Shown here: piece by piece, positions 56,536 to 64,000 of the stretch | Numbering within the stretch: position 1 is the stretch's first letter | Layout: every line of letters starts with the position of its first letter | Made by a program: the position numbers and the translations under genes | DNA from: a virus | IMG/VR virus record: IMGVR_UViG_3300032304_000700 | Span: 25,400-89,399 of that record | DNA length: 64,000 nucleotides | Direction: 5' to 3' (one strand) | Notes under the pieces: generated by a model | Told to the model about the DNA's origin: nothing | The model's input: the letters and a program-made list of their open reading frames with translations, nothing else | Database searches by the model: none

Positions 56536-57990
56536 TTATCCAACATTCGGTATAGTTGGTGTTTTAATGTCTGCATTAACCTCAGGCATCTTTATGTCTA
56601 TGTTTGGCAACGATATTATTAATAATGATGCCAAATCGGTCACACTTATATTTGGCAATTGTGGTAACTCCGGAAATTGTGGTAATTCTATACTACCTAA
56701 ATCAACTTCGGGGAATTCAACAGTAGATGGAAAATCAGGAACAGGAGGGCCCATCTTAACTTGATATCCATTGTAATTTATAATTGCAGGTGCCGGTGGA
56801 GTTGCAGGTGTATATTGTGCCGTAACTACCATATTTCCACCCACATTTAATAAATGTAATTGTGCCAAAGATAAAAATGGGTCAAGCATTACATTTGTTT
56901 TTGTACTGAAAATAAAACTTGGTGGAGTAAAACTAATAAATGGTGGGTCTGGTATTAACCCCTTTATCTTATCTTCCGCCAATGCTCTAATCTCCTCTTC
57001 AGTAGGAGTTTTATCTTTAATTTGTTTTTCCAATTCTTCTTTTGTTGGAAGCTTCGGTAATTGAATTTGTAAATCTATATCAGGAACTAAACCATTTATT
57101 GTATCTTTTACAAATTTTTTAATTTCTTTTAAGTTTGGTTTTGGTTTTGGAATGGAATCTAAAATTGCAACAACTGCTTGAACATATTGATATATTGGTT
57201 GTAATATAATATCTTCAATTGGAGGAATGATTTGTTTTTTAACTTCTTCGATTGCCTGTTCTAATAATTTTTCTTTAGTTTCTTCTATTATTTTCTTTCT
57301 ATCTGGTAATTTTGGAAATTCAAATTTTAATGCCTTTTTAATTTGTTTTCCAATTGCTGATTTTTTCTTTTTTGCTTCTTTTAATTTCTTTATTATTTCT
57401 ACTGCACCCTTAACTATTGGGTTATTTTTTATATCCGGTGCAACAACTTCTTTATTTATTATCTTTTGTGCAGTTTCATATACAGGAATTGTAATCGGTG
57501 GTAAAGGTGGAACAGATGGTAAAATAATTGTTTGTTTTTTTAATTCGTCCTCTAAAATTTTTAATGCTTCTACTTCAGCTTTATGTGCTGCAGTAGTTGC
57601 AGTTAACGTAATTGGGTCTGGCCCTATGTTTTGAATAGCTCCAGGTGCAGGTGGAGTTGATGGCCATCCTAATGGTTTTATTAAAGGATTTGGCAATGGT
57701 GACATTTCTGCACCTAACCAGTATGCATCAAATGCAGATGGATATAATTCTTGTAATACATTGAAATTACTACCTACACTATCTGTTCCCTTTTTTAATG
57801 CAATTTTTATAGCATCTGCCATACCTTTAACATTACCATTGATAACATTAACTCCGTATAATAAATCTCCACCACTTTTAATTGCCTTATCATATTCATT
57901 TGCATAAAATTCAGCAAATGCATCAGGGTCAGCTTTAAATTGACCAGTAAGCATTGCAGTTAATACATTCAATTTAAAAATTGCCCACAT
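56536..57990 (-). CDS. Pro/Ile/Lys-rich protein downstream of the spike gene
   Basis: 484 aa ORF closely coupled to the spike gene; low-complexity Pro-rich tracts. Confidence 0.55.
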   Translation of the reverse strand: MWAIFKLNVLTAMLTGQFKADPDAFAEFYANEYDKAIKSGGDLLYGVNVINGNVKGMADAIKIALKKGTDSVGSNFNVLQELYPSAFDAYWLGAEMSPLPNPLIKPLGWPSTPPAPGAIQNIGPDPITLTATTAAHKAEVEALKILEDELKKQTIILPSVPPLPPITIPVYETAQKIINKEVVAPDIKNNPIVKGAVEIIKKLKEAKKKKSAIGKQIKKALKFEFPKLPDRKKIIEETKEKLLEQAIEEVKKQIIPPIEDIILQPIYQYVQAVVAILDSIPKPKPNLKEIKKFVKDTINGLVPDIDLQIQLPKLPTKEELEKQIKDKTPTEEEIRALAEDKIKGLIPDPPFISFTPPSFIFSTKTNVMLDPFLSLAQLHLLNVGGNMVVTAQYTPATPPAPAIINYNGYQVKMGPPVPDFPSTVEFPEVDLGSIELPQFPELPQLPNISVTDLASLLIISLPNIDIKMPEVNADIKTPTIPNVG

Positions 57991-57991
57991 A

Positions 57992-59206
57992 TTACTTACT
58001 TAAAAAGTTTCTAGATGATTGTATCTTAGATAGTCTTTGTTTAATTGATGTGAATATTGCCGAATTATGTGGGCCTGCACCGGTTGGGCCGACACCTGTT
58101 GCAAATACCATTTTATTTATGGCATCCAACATTTCACTCATTAAATCAATCAATTCACCTGATAGTACCATTCTTTGAACTTCAGAACCGGCACCACCTG
58201 GATTTCCAACTTTACCAACATAAACAACTCCGGATGCATCACTATTTAATACTATATTTTTATTGGTATGGATTACAATATCACTATCAGAATGTGCATA
58301 TATTTCTTTTGCAGAATCTATACTATATCTACCATCGGTTATAACTCCAGTATTTCCTTTTCCAAATATAATAAACTCACTTGCCTTTGCAGACAATACT
58401 ATTCTATCGGAATTTACGAATAATTGGTTACCTGTTAGTTTTTCTGAATTAGGATATTCTCTAAACGCTATTTTGGTTTTATTTATGTTTTCTTTAAATG
58501 GTACTTTAATTTTATTAGATGTAAAATATACGGATGTACCATCACCATTGATATCTTCGTCTATTAGTGTTCCTATTTTTGAATTGTCAAGTTGTGGATT
58601 TTGTTTATTTCTTATAAAAATACCAGGAGATGAAGTTTTACCATCCTCAGTTAAAAAGAATTCACTAAATCTAATCGTATTACCAACTCTACCACTTATA
58701 ATAGTATCTCCATTTCTTGGTTTTAAGAATTTAATCTTTTCATTTATTTTATATCGTTTTTCATCCGATTTTTTAGGTGTACCTGTCTGACCTGTGGAAC
58801 CTGTTTTGGTTTCCGTATAGTTTTTATTTTTACTTTCAGAATTTCCAGTAGATACATTTTTTTCTCTACCAATTTCGGAAACCAATAATGACTCTCTGAA
58901 ATTTGGATATTGTGTTGCAGAATATGGTAACCAATAATGTGAATTTTGAATGTTTAATATCAATACAGTTTCACCTATTAGTGGATATGTTATATTATTT
59001 TTGTCAAATGGAAATGCATAGTCTTCTTTGTTGATAAAACTTTCTCTTCTATATTCTATTGCACCCAAAAATCTAACATCAGTATCCGTAAAGTCATTAT
59101 TATCATTATATACAGGTACTAATTTTTTCTCTAAATCATTTTTTATAGATTTATCCGATTCAGTATAAACTCTGTATACGGTTGCTAGATAAGTTTCACC
59201 AATCAT
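57992..59206 (-). CDS. Baseplate hub/central spike (gp5/gpV-like)
   Basis: YPLIGETVLI OB-fold motif, GD.IISGR.GN.IRF, NSDRIVLSAK beta repeats, VGPT tip. Confidence 0.7.
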   Translation of the reverse strand: MIGETYLATVYRVYTESDKSIKNDLEKKLVPVYNDNNDFTDTDVRFLGAIEYRRESFINKEDYAFPFDKNNITYPLIGETVLILNIQNSHYWLPYSATQYPNFRESLLVSEIGREKNVSTGNSESKNKNYTETKTGSTGQTGTPKKSDEKRYKINEKIKFLKPRNGDTIISGRVGNTIRFSEFFLTEDGKTSSPGIFIRNKQNPQLDNSKIGTLIDEDINGDGTSVYFTSNKIKVPFKENINKTKIAFREYPNSEKLTGNQLFVNSDRIVLSAKASEFIIFGKGNTGVITDGRYSIDSAKEIYAHSDSDIVIHTNKNIVLNSDASGVVYVGKVGNPGGAGSEVQRMVLSGELIDLMSEMLDAINKMVFATGVGPTGAGPHNSAIFTSIKQRLSKIQSSRNFLSK

Positions 59207-59610
59207 TATAATTTAGTTTTAATTTCTTCAATTTCAATTTGAATATCCGTTAATTTCTCTTTATTTTTTTCTTCTACTTGATTTATCGTATCTTCCATAT
59301 CTGCAAGTAATTGTTCTTTTTCATGTTCACTTAACCAACCATCTTCACCGATGCCTTTAGCTTCGGCAGCTGCAAGTCTTTGTGCAATAGTTGCAAGTTT
59401 AATTAAATGGTCGTCATTTTTAACCGATACCTCAATCAAATCTTTTATGATAGGTGCTATGACCGTTGCTTCACCAACATTTCTAATCAATTTCCTTAAA
59501 GATTCAATTAATTCGGAAATGTTTTTCTTTTTGTTTTGTTGGTTTTCGTATATATCTTTAAATAATGATGATAAATTTTTACCATCAAATAGTTGAAATT
59601 CTGTTGCCAT
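59206..59610 (-). CDS. Helical hypothetical protein (possible small terminase)
   Basis: 134 aa helical ORF; the function is a guess from size and helicity only. Confidence 0.4.
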   Translation of the reverse strand: MATEFQLFDGKNLSSLFKDIYENQQNKKKNISELIESLRKLIRNVGEATVIAPIIKDLIEVSVKNDDHLIKLATIAQRLAAAEAKGIGEDGWLSEHEKEQLLADMEDTINQVEEKNKEKLTDIQIEIEEIKTKL

Positions 59611-59634
59611 ATTTTTTTGTTTATCTACTAATAA

Positions 59635-61338
59635 TTATTTAGTAATCAAATAATTACCTAAAACCAAATAATCCATATCACAATTGTTAAATGTCCATAT
59701 TGCTTTTTCGGGGTCATTCGTCATCGTGTGGTCTTTTAAGTTAAATGATGTATTTAACAAAATAGGTGTTCCTGTTAGTTTTTCGAACTCCTTTAATAAG
59801 TCATAGTAAAGTGGGTTATCTTCTCTTTTAAGTGTCTGTATCCTTGCAGAATTGTCAATGTGGGTTACTGACGGAATGTTTACTCCATTTTTAACTTTGA
59901 CAACCTGATTCATATAGGGGACATCTTCTTCCGATAGAAAATACTTTTGATAATCTTCAATTGTAACTGATGGAGCAAATGGTCTAAACATTTCTCTCTT
60001 TTTGACAACCTTATTAATTCTATCTCTAATGTTGGACAAATGTGGATTACCTAATATAGAACGATTACCTAAAGCTCTTGCACCAAATTCAGTTCTACCT
60101 TGAAACCAACCTATGATATTCCCCTCATTAATTAATTTTGCAACTTCTTCACATAACATTTGTTTACTTTCATACATTGTAATACCATTGCCCTTAACTC
60201 TTTTTTGCAAAATTATCTTAAGTAATTCAGGACCACTCCACTCTTCTCCCAAATATGGAGATTGATTATCACCACCCTTTACTTTTGGATTACCTAATAC
60301 AATATGGTGTTGATATAAACATGCACCAATTGCAGAACCTGCGTCGGATGGTGCAAATGGAATCCAAACATTTTTAATTGATGTATATGTTTTTATTTTA
60401 CCATTGGCAGTTCCGTTGTAAGCACATCCACCACCCAATACCAAATTCTCACTATTCCATATATTTGTAACTCTATTGATGATGAAATATAATGCACTTT
60501 CATACCATCTTTGTAGTGATGCTGCAAGGTCTTTATGATGTTGTTCGATTGGTTCGTCTTTAAAACGTGGAGGAAATCCAATTAAATCAATTAGTTTATC
60601 GTTAAACATATCATTATCGGATGTTTCCCATGTAAAATACTTCATATCCATCTTTACAATATCAATCTCACCACCAATCGTTGCAACCTTATCAAACAAA
60701 CTATGATATCTTTGTTTATCACCATATGGTGCCAATCCCATTATTTTATACTCACCTTCGTTTGGTTTGAATCCTAAATACGCAGTAAATGCCGAATATA
60801 TCAATCCTAATGAGTGTGGAAATTGTAATGTTTGTATTTTATGAAACCCTTTATCATCACACATTGTAGCATACACCGAATGTCTTTCTCCAACACCATC
60901 AATTGACAAACCTATTGATTTATCAAATGGAGATGTGTAATAAGAAAGTGCTAAATGTGATAAATGATGTTGAGTGTAAGTGATAATTCCTTCATATCCA
61001 ATCGATTTTAATAATCTTTTTAAATTACCTTCGGTTTCATTCCATCTTTTATTAAATTTTCTCCATTTTTGTGGAAATCTTAAACCACCCCATTTTCCAA
61101 TAGTTTGTCTAACTCTTTCATATTTATCGTTTGGATTTTCATACCAACAAACCATATCAATTTCATCAATTGTTATTTTTGTATATTCCAAACACCATTG
61201 GATTGCCTTAAACGGAAAAGAACTATCATGCTTTTCACCAGATAGTTTCTCTTCTTCAATAGCACATATTACTTTACCATCTATTACGATTGTTGCAGCT
61301 GAATCATGGTAAAATCCTGATAAACCTAATTGTATCAT
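59635..61338 (-). CDS. Carbamoyltransferase (NodU/CmcH/TobZ family)
   Basis: YHDSAA, HHLSH, IDGVGE, SLGLIY, EGEYKIMGLAPYG, GGCAYN, DAGSAIG, EFGARALGNRS, KKRE.FRPFAP, LLNTSFN. Confidence 0.95.
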   Translation of the reverse strand: MIQLGLSGFYHDSAATIVIDGKVICAIEEEKLSGEKHDSSFPFKAIQWCLEYTKITIDEIDMVCWYENPNDKYERVRQTIGKWGGLRFPQKWRKFNKRWNETEGNLKRLLKSIGYEGIITYTQHHLSHLALSYYTSPFDKSIGLSIDGVGERHSVYATMCDDKGFHKIQTLQFPHSLGLIYSAFTAYLGFKPNEGEYKIMGLAPYGDKQRYHSLFDKVATIGGEIDIVKMDMKYFTWETSDNDMFNDKLIDLIGFPPRFKDEPIEQHHKDLAASLQRWYESALYFIINRVTNIWNSENLVLGGGCAYNGTANGKIKTYTSIKNVWIPFAPSDAGSAIGACLYQHHIVLGNPKVKGGDNQSPYLGEEWSGPELLKIILQKRVKGNGITMYESKQMLCEEVAKLINEGNIIGWFQGRTEFGARALGNRSILGNPHLSNIRDRINKVVKKREMFRPFAPSVTIEDYQKYFLSEEDVPYMNQVVKVKNGVNIPSVTHIDNSARIQTLKREDNPLYYDLLKEFEKLTGTPILLNTSFNLKDHTMTNDPEKAIWTFNNCDMDYLVLGNYLITK

Positions 61339-61340
61339 AC

Positions 61341-62039
61341 TTAAATTTTTATATCACCATATTTGTCATACTCATTATATAATTCCATTTGTCTTTCTTT
61401 CATTTTGTTGACAACTTTGGTTATATAATGTGTAGGGTGACCTGTCATTTCTCTAATAAGTAAATATAATGATTTCTTATTAAAATTTTCTATATATTCT
61501 GCTCTACGAAATAATTCCAATACTGAATCTGCAATCTGTAAATCTCTCTTCTTTGGAAAATAATTCTCCAAATGTTTGTCCCAATATTGTAACATTCTAA
61601 CATTAAAAGTTTTAAACTCATCATTTCGTTCTTCTTCTCTAAAATTATTTTCAGTATCAAATGATTCAGGTAAACCGGACATTATATCGGTATCTTTATA
61701 TCTCTTATAATTTGCATTATTATTTAAAATAAGATAATTTCTTGCAACAATAGTAAAATAAGAAAATGCTTTACCTTTACCACTTTTGTACATATGAATT
61801 TTTTCAATCATAAATGTAACAACTTCTGCCATTACATCTTTTGGGTCGTCATCAAAATAGGTAAACTTCCATTTATTATAAACTATCTCTGCAAGTTTGT
61901 CAAAAGCAGATGCAATTCTTTCTCTATATAATTTATCTTTAATATATTGGTCATCGGTTAGATTATATTCAATAATAGCATCTTCCGTATCTTTTGTAAA
62001 ATATTGACGATTGGGCCCTCTTTTCTTTCTAATTGGCAT
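61341..62039 (-). CDS. Late-transcription sigma factor (T4 gp55-like)
   Basis: YFT...E.AII.YN, KLAE, KGKAFSYFTIVARNYLI region-2-like motif; small size. Confidence 0.7.
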   Translation of the reverse strand: MPIRKKRGPNRQYFTKDTEDAIIEYNLTDDQYIKDKLYRERIASAFDKLAEIVYNKWKFTYFDDDPKDVMAEVVTFMIEKIHMYKSGKGKAFSYFTIVARNYLILNNNANYKRYKDTDIMSGLPESFDTENNFREEERNDEFKTFNVRMLQYWDKHLENYFPKKRDLQIADSVLELFRRAEYIENFNKKSLYLLIREMTGHPTHYITKVVNKMKERQMELYNEYDKYGDIKI

Positions 62040-62304
62040 TTTGTTGTGTTTTGAATTTTTCGATGGTTTCTTTTATTTGATAAAATATAGAACCTACTTC
62101 ATCGTCCTTCTCAAACATTTCACGAGAATCTATTTCTCTTAATGCCTCCAGTAATGATTCGTTTCTTTCTAACTCGGTTTGTAAAAATATATCATTTTCT
62201 ATAATGATGACTTCGTATTTTTCTAATTTATTTAAAAGATTATAAGTTGCAAATGACAATGCAACTACTAATACTGATAATATTGTGATTATTGTATATA
62301 ACAT
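62029..62304 (-). CDS. Small membrane-anchored hypothetical protein
   Basis: N-terminal TM helix plus coiled coil, FEKDDEVG..F motif. Confidence 0.6.
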   Translation of the reverse strand: MLYTIITILSVLVVALSFATYNLLNKLEKYEVIIIENDIFLQTELERNESLLEALREIDSREMFEKDDEVGSIFYQIKETIEKFKTQQNAN

Positions 62305-62306
62305 AA

Positions 62307-62942
62307 TTAAACGATTTCGTATCCTTGTAAAAAATATTTGTTTGCATTTTTGTATTTAATTTCAACCATTTCACCTTGTGGAGATTTCATTACAATTTTA
62401 TCATTTCTACCATAATTCACTTTTTTGACAACTTGTGTGTTATAAACTCTATCTCTAATGGTAAATCCGTCTAAGTGGTCAATTTCGTGTTGAACTATTA
62501 CCGTCATCATTGTTTCCTTAGATACTGACTTATTTTGTTCATCACCTTCTGGATTAATTTCAAATGTTAATTCACCTAAATTATCGGTAGATACTACAAC
62601 TTTAGAAGCTCTAATTGTTTTAATTGGAGACCTTAATGTTGATGGTATTGATAAGCAACCTTCAAAGAATAAAAATCCTTCTTTTGACTTTTCTTTAATA
62701 ATTGGATTTACTAAGAATAATTCCTCATTACCAAGCTGAATTAAGCAAGCTCTTTTCTTAATTCCTATTTGTGTTGCGGAAATTCCTAATCCAGGGTGTT
62801 TTGCCAAAGCTTCACTTAGTTGCAATCTTAATTCATCCGATTCTTGTTGTGTTATTTCCGATTTTAATACAGGAGTTTTAAGATACTCCGTAAACTCTTT
62901 TGTTGTTAGGCCATTAGAACCTTTGTCTACTATTAATTTCAT
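62307..62942 (-). CDS. def: Peptide deformylase
   Basis: GLGISATQIG, EGCLSIP, QHEIDHLDG. Confidence 0.95.
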   Translation of the reverse strand: MKLIVDKGSNGLTTKEFTEYLKTPVLKSEITQQESDELRLQLSEALAKHPGLGISATQIGIKKRACLIQLGNEELFLVNPIIKEKSKEGFLFFEGCLSIPSTLRSPIKTIRASKVVVSTDNLGELTFEINPEGDEQNKSVSKETMMTVIVQHEIDHLDGFTIRDRVYNTQVVKKVNYGRNDKIVMKSPQGEMVEIKYKNANKYFLQGYEIV

Positions 62943-62952
62943 TTTGTTATTT

Positions 62953-63285
62953 TTATATTAAATGTCTTACTAATATTGTTAATGATATTACTATCCATAT
63001 TGTATTGAATAGAATCAATGTAGGTAAATCCTTTCTCATTGATGCCCAAATTAATAATGAAGATGTAAGTAATGTTAAGAAATGCATATACCATAATTCA
63101 ATACCAAATATTAAACCTGGTACAATGATTATAGCTTTAGCCATCCATGCACAAAACTCAATTACATTATAATCCGTCCAATAACTTTTATCTTTGAACA
63201 TAATAATTCGTTTCCAAATTCTTTTAACTCCAATTGTCAAAAACAAAGCAGTTAAAAATACAATATATGTCATTATGTATTTCAT
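62953..63285 (-). CDS. Small multi-pass membrane protein
   Basis: About four hydrophobic segments. Confidence 0.6.
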   Translation of the reverse strand: MKYIMTYIVFLTALFLTIGVKRIWKRIIMFKDKSYWTDYNVIEFCAWMAKAIIIVPGLIFGIELWYMHFLTLLTSSLLIWASMRKDLPTLILFNTIWIVISLTILVRHLI

Positions 63286-63286
63286 A

Positions 63287-63496
63287 TTATTTTTTTAGTC
63301 CGTATTTTATCCACTTATACCAAATTCTTTCGTGAATATAATATTGAATAGGTTTATATACCAATTCTGCTACCCCAAATGCGGCACCTATTTTTATTGA
63401 ACCACTTATCAACCACATTAATAAGAAACCAACTACGGTACTTATAACGCGATATGAAATGGTTTTTGCAATATGTCTTTTACGCTCTACTACCAT
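63287..63496 (-). CDS. DUF2061-like membrane protein
   Basis: RHIAKTISYRVIST...YYIHERIW motif. Confidence 0.8.
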   Translation of the reverse strand: MVVERKRHIAKTISYRVISTVVGFLLMWLISGSIKIGAAFGVAELVYKPIQYYIHERIWYKWIKYGLKK

Positions 63497-63878
63497 CTTC
63501 AGTATCTATATTGTAAACAATTACATCTCCATTTGAGTCAATGTATTTTTTTCTAATTGCAGTTCCACTAATTTGTTCTATTTCTTTTGGTGGTTCGTGA
63601 TATATTACATCATATCCTACACCTCTACCATAGTTTACACTTTCAATGTCTGGAATAATTGATAACATTATTTTATCCCAATTGTTTGTAAAAAATGGTT
63701 CTTTTTGTAATTCTTGTAATACTTCTTGTGCTGATTTAGGATTATTTTCATCCTTTTCTACATCTCTAATTGCAACCCAACAATTATTTCCTTTTTCTAA
63801 TTGTTGATTGATTAACCACTCATGTCCTTTGTGCCAAGTTTGCCATCTTCCGATGAATAATGCGTATTTTCTTTTCAT
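63480..63878 (-). CDS. HIGH-type cytidylyltransferase-like protein
   Basis: FIGRWQTWHKGH, YGRGVGY, ISGTAIR. Confidence 0.8.
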   Translation of the reverse strand: MKRKYALFIGRWQTWHKGHEWLINQQLEKGNNCWVAIRDVEKDENNPKSAQEVLQELQKEPFFTNNWDKIMLSIIPDIESVNYGRGVGYDVIYHEPPKEIEQISGTAIRKKYIDSNGDVIVYNIDTEDGSRA

Positions 63879-63884
63879 TGTATA

Positions 63885-64000
63885 TTATATTAATTCGTTT
63901 TTTTCAATTATTATATTTTTGGTTAATGGTAATACTATTGACCATCTCTCACCTTTTGTTATTTCTTTTATTTCATGTGGGACCGTACAATAATATGCGA
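63885..64000 (-). CDS. C-terminal fragment of a 2OG-Fe(II) oxygenase (starts beyond the window)
   Basis: My translation ...AYYCTVPHEIKEITKGERWSIVLPLTKNIIIEKNELI*: distal His plus G-x-R-x-S motif. Confidence 0.7.
   Translation of the reverse strand, partial: AYYCTVPHEIKEITKGERWSIVLPLTKNIIIEKNELI

Noticed and set aside
59206-59610. Firm call as small terminase subunit
   Set aside because: Size and helicity fit, but there is no diagnostic motif and it is far from terL; kept as low confidence.
1438-63993. The other short plus-strand ORFs and nested minus-strand ORFs (10467, 15156, 60393) in the track
   Set aside because: All lie within or opposite motif-bearing minus-strand genes, with no motifs or promoters of their own; only 36567-36752 is accepted.
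1-64000. Stop-codon reassignment, as in some large Bacteroidota phages
   Set aside because: Genes are full-length and tile densely in the standard code, and TAG ends genes normally (10764, 15710).
1-64000. CRISPR array, tRNA/rRNA, integrase, transposase, intron, intein or reverse transcriptase/DGR
   Set aside because: No spaced repeats or such motifs seen; terminase, portal and primase are uninterrupted; intergenic gaps are too short except 1052-1239, which shows no cloverleaf by eye.

Overview
A strongly AT-rich, gene-dense 64 kb segment of a large T4-like (myovirus-type) bacteriophage. The host is probably Bacteroidota, inferred from TTTG-N20-TATATT promoters, a near absence of Shine-Dalgarno sites and a phage bS21. 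Essentially all genes are on the minus strand. Layout: (1) head/packaging module, 1-13.0 kb: scaffold, an un-called ribosomal protein bS21, Dps-like protein, prohead protease, portal, modular head proteins, terminase and a ligase-like/HIGH-nucleotidyltransferase fusion; (2) an ~18 kb sugar synthesis/transfer/tailoring island, 13.0-31.4 kb: TPP-dependent E1 alpha/beta pair, RmlC, epimerase, six SGNH-like paralogs, radical SAM, two GT7 enzymes with an inserted LamG domain, GT2/GT4/methyltransferase, abutting (3) a 1540 aa tail fibre with an S74 chaperone; (4) the only credible plus-strand gene, a ribbon-helix-helix regulator whose upstream 17-mer recurs in front of the scaffold gene; (5) an Mre11-Rad50 fusion, primase and T7-type endonuclease I; (6) a baseplate module; (7) carbamoyltransferase, gp55-like sigma factor, peptide deformylase and small accessory genes. 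Best candidates for undescribed biology: the glycan island, a possible bS21/Shine-Dalgarno translational switch, the RHH operator link to the capsid operon, and a late promoter that is the reverse complement of the T4 one. All family assignments are from motif recognition by eye; no database searches were run.
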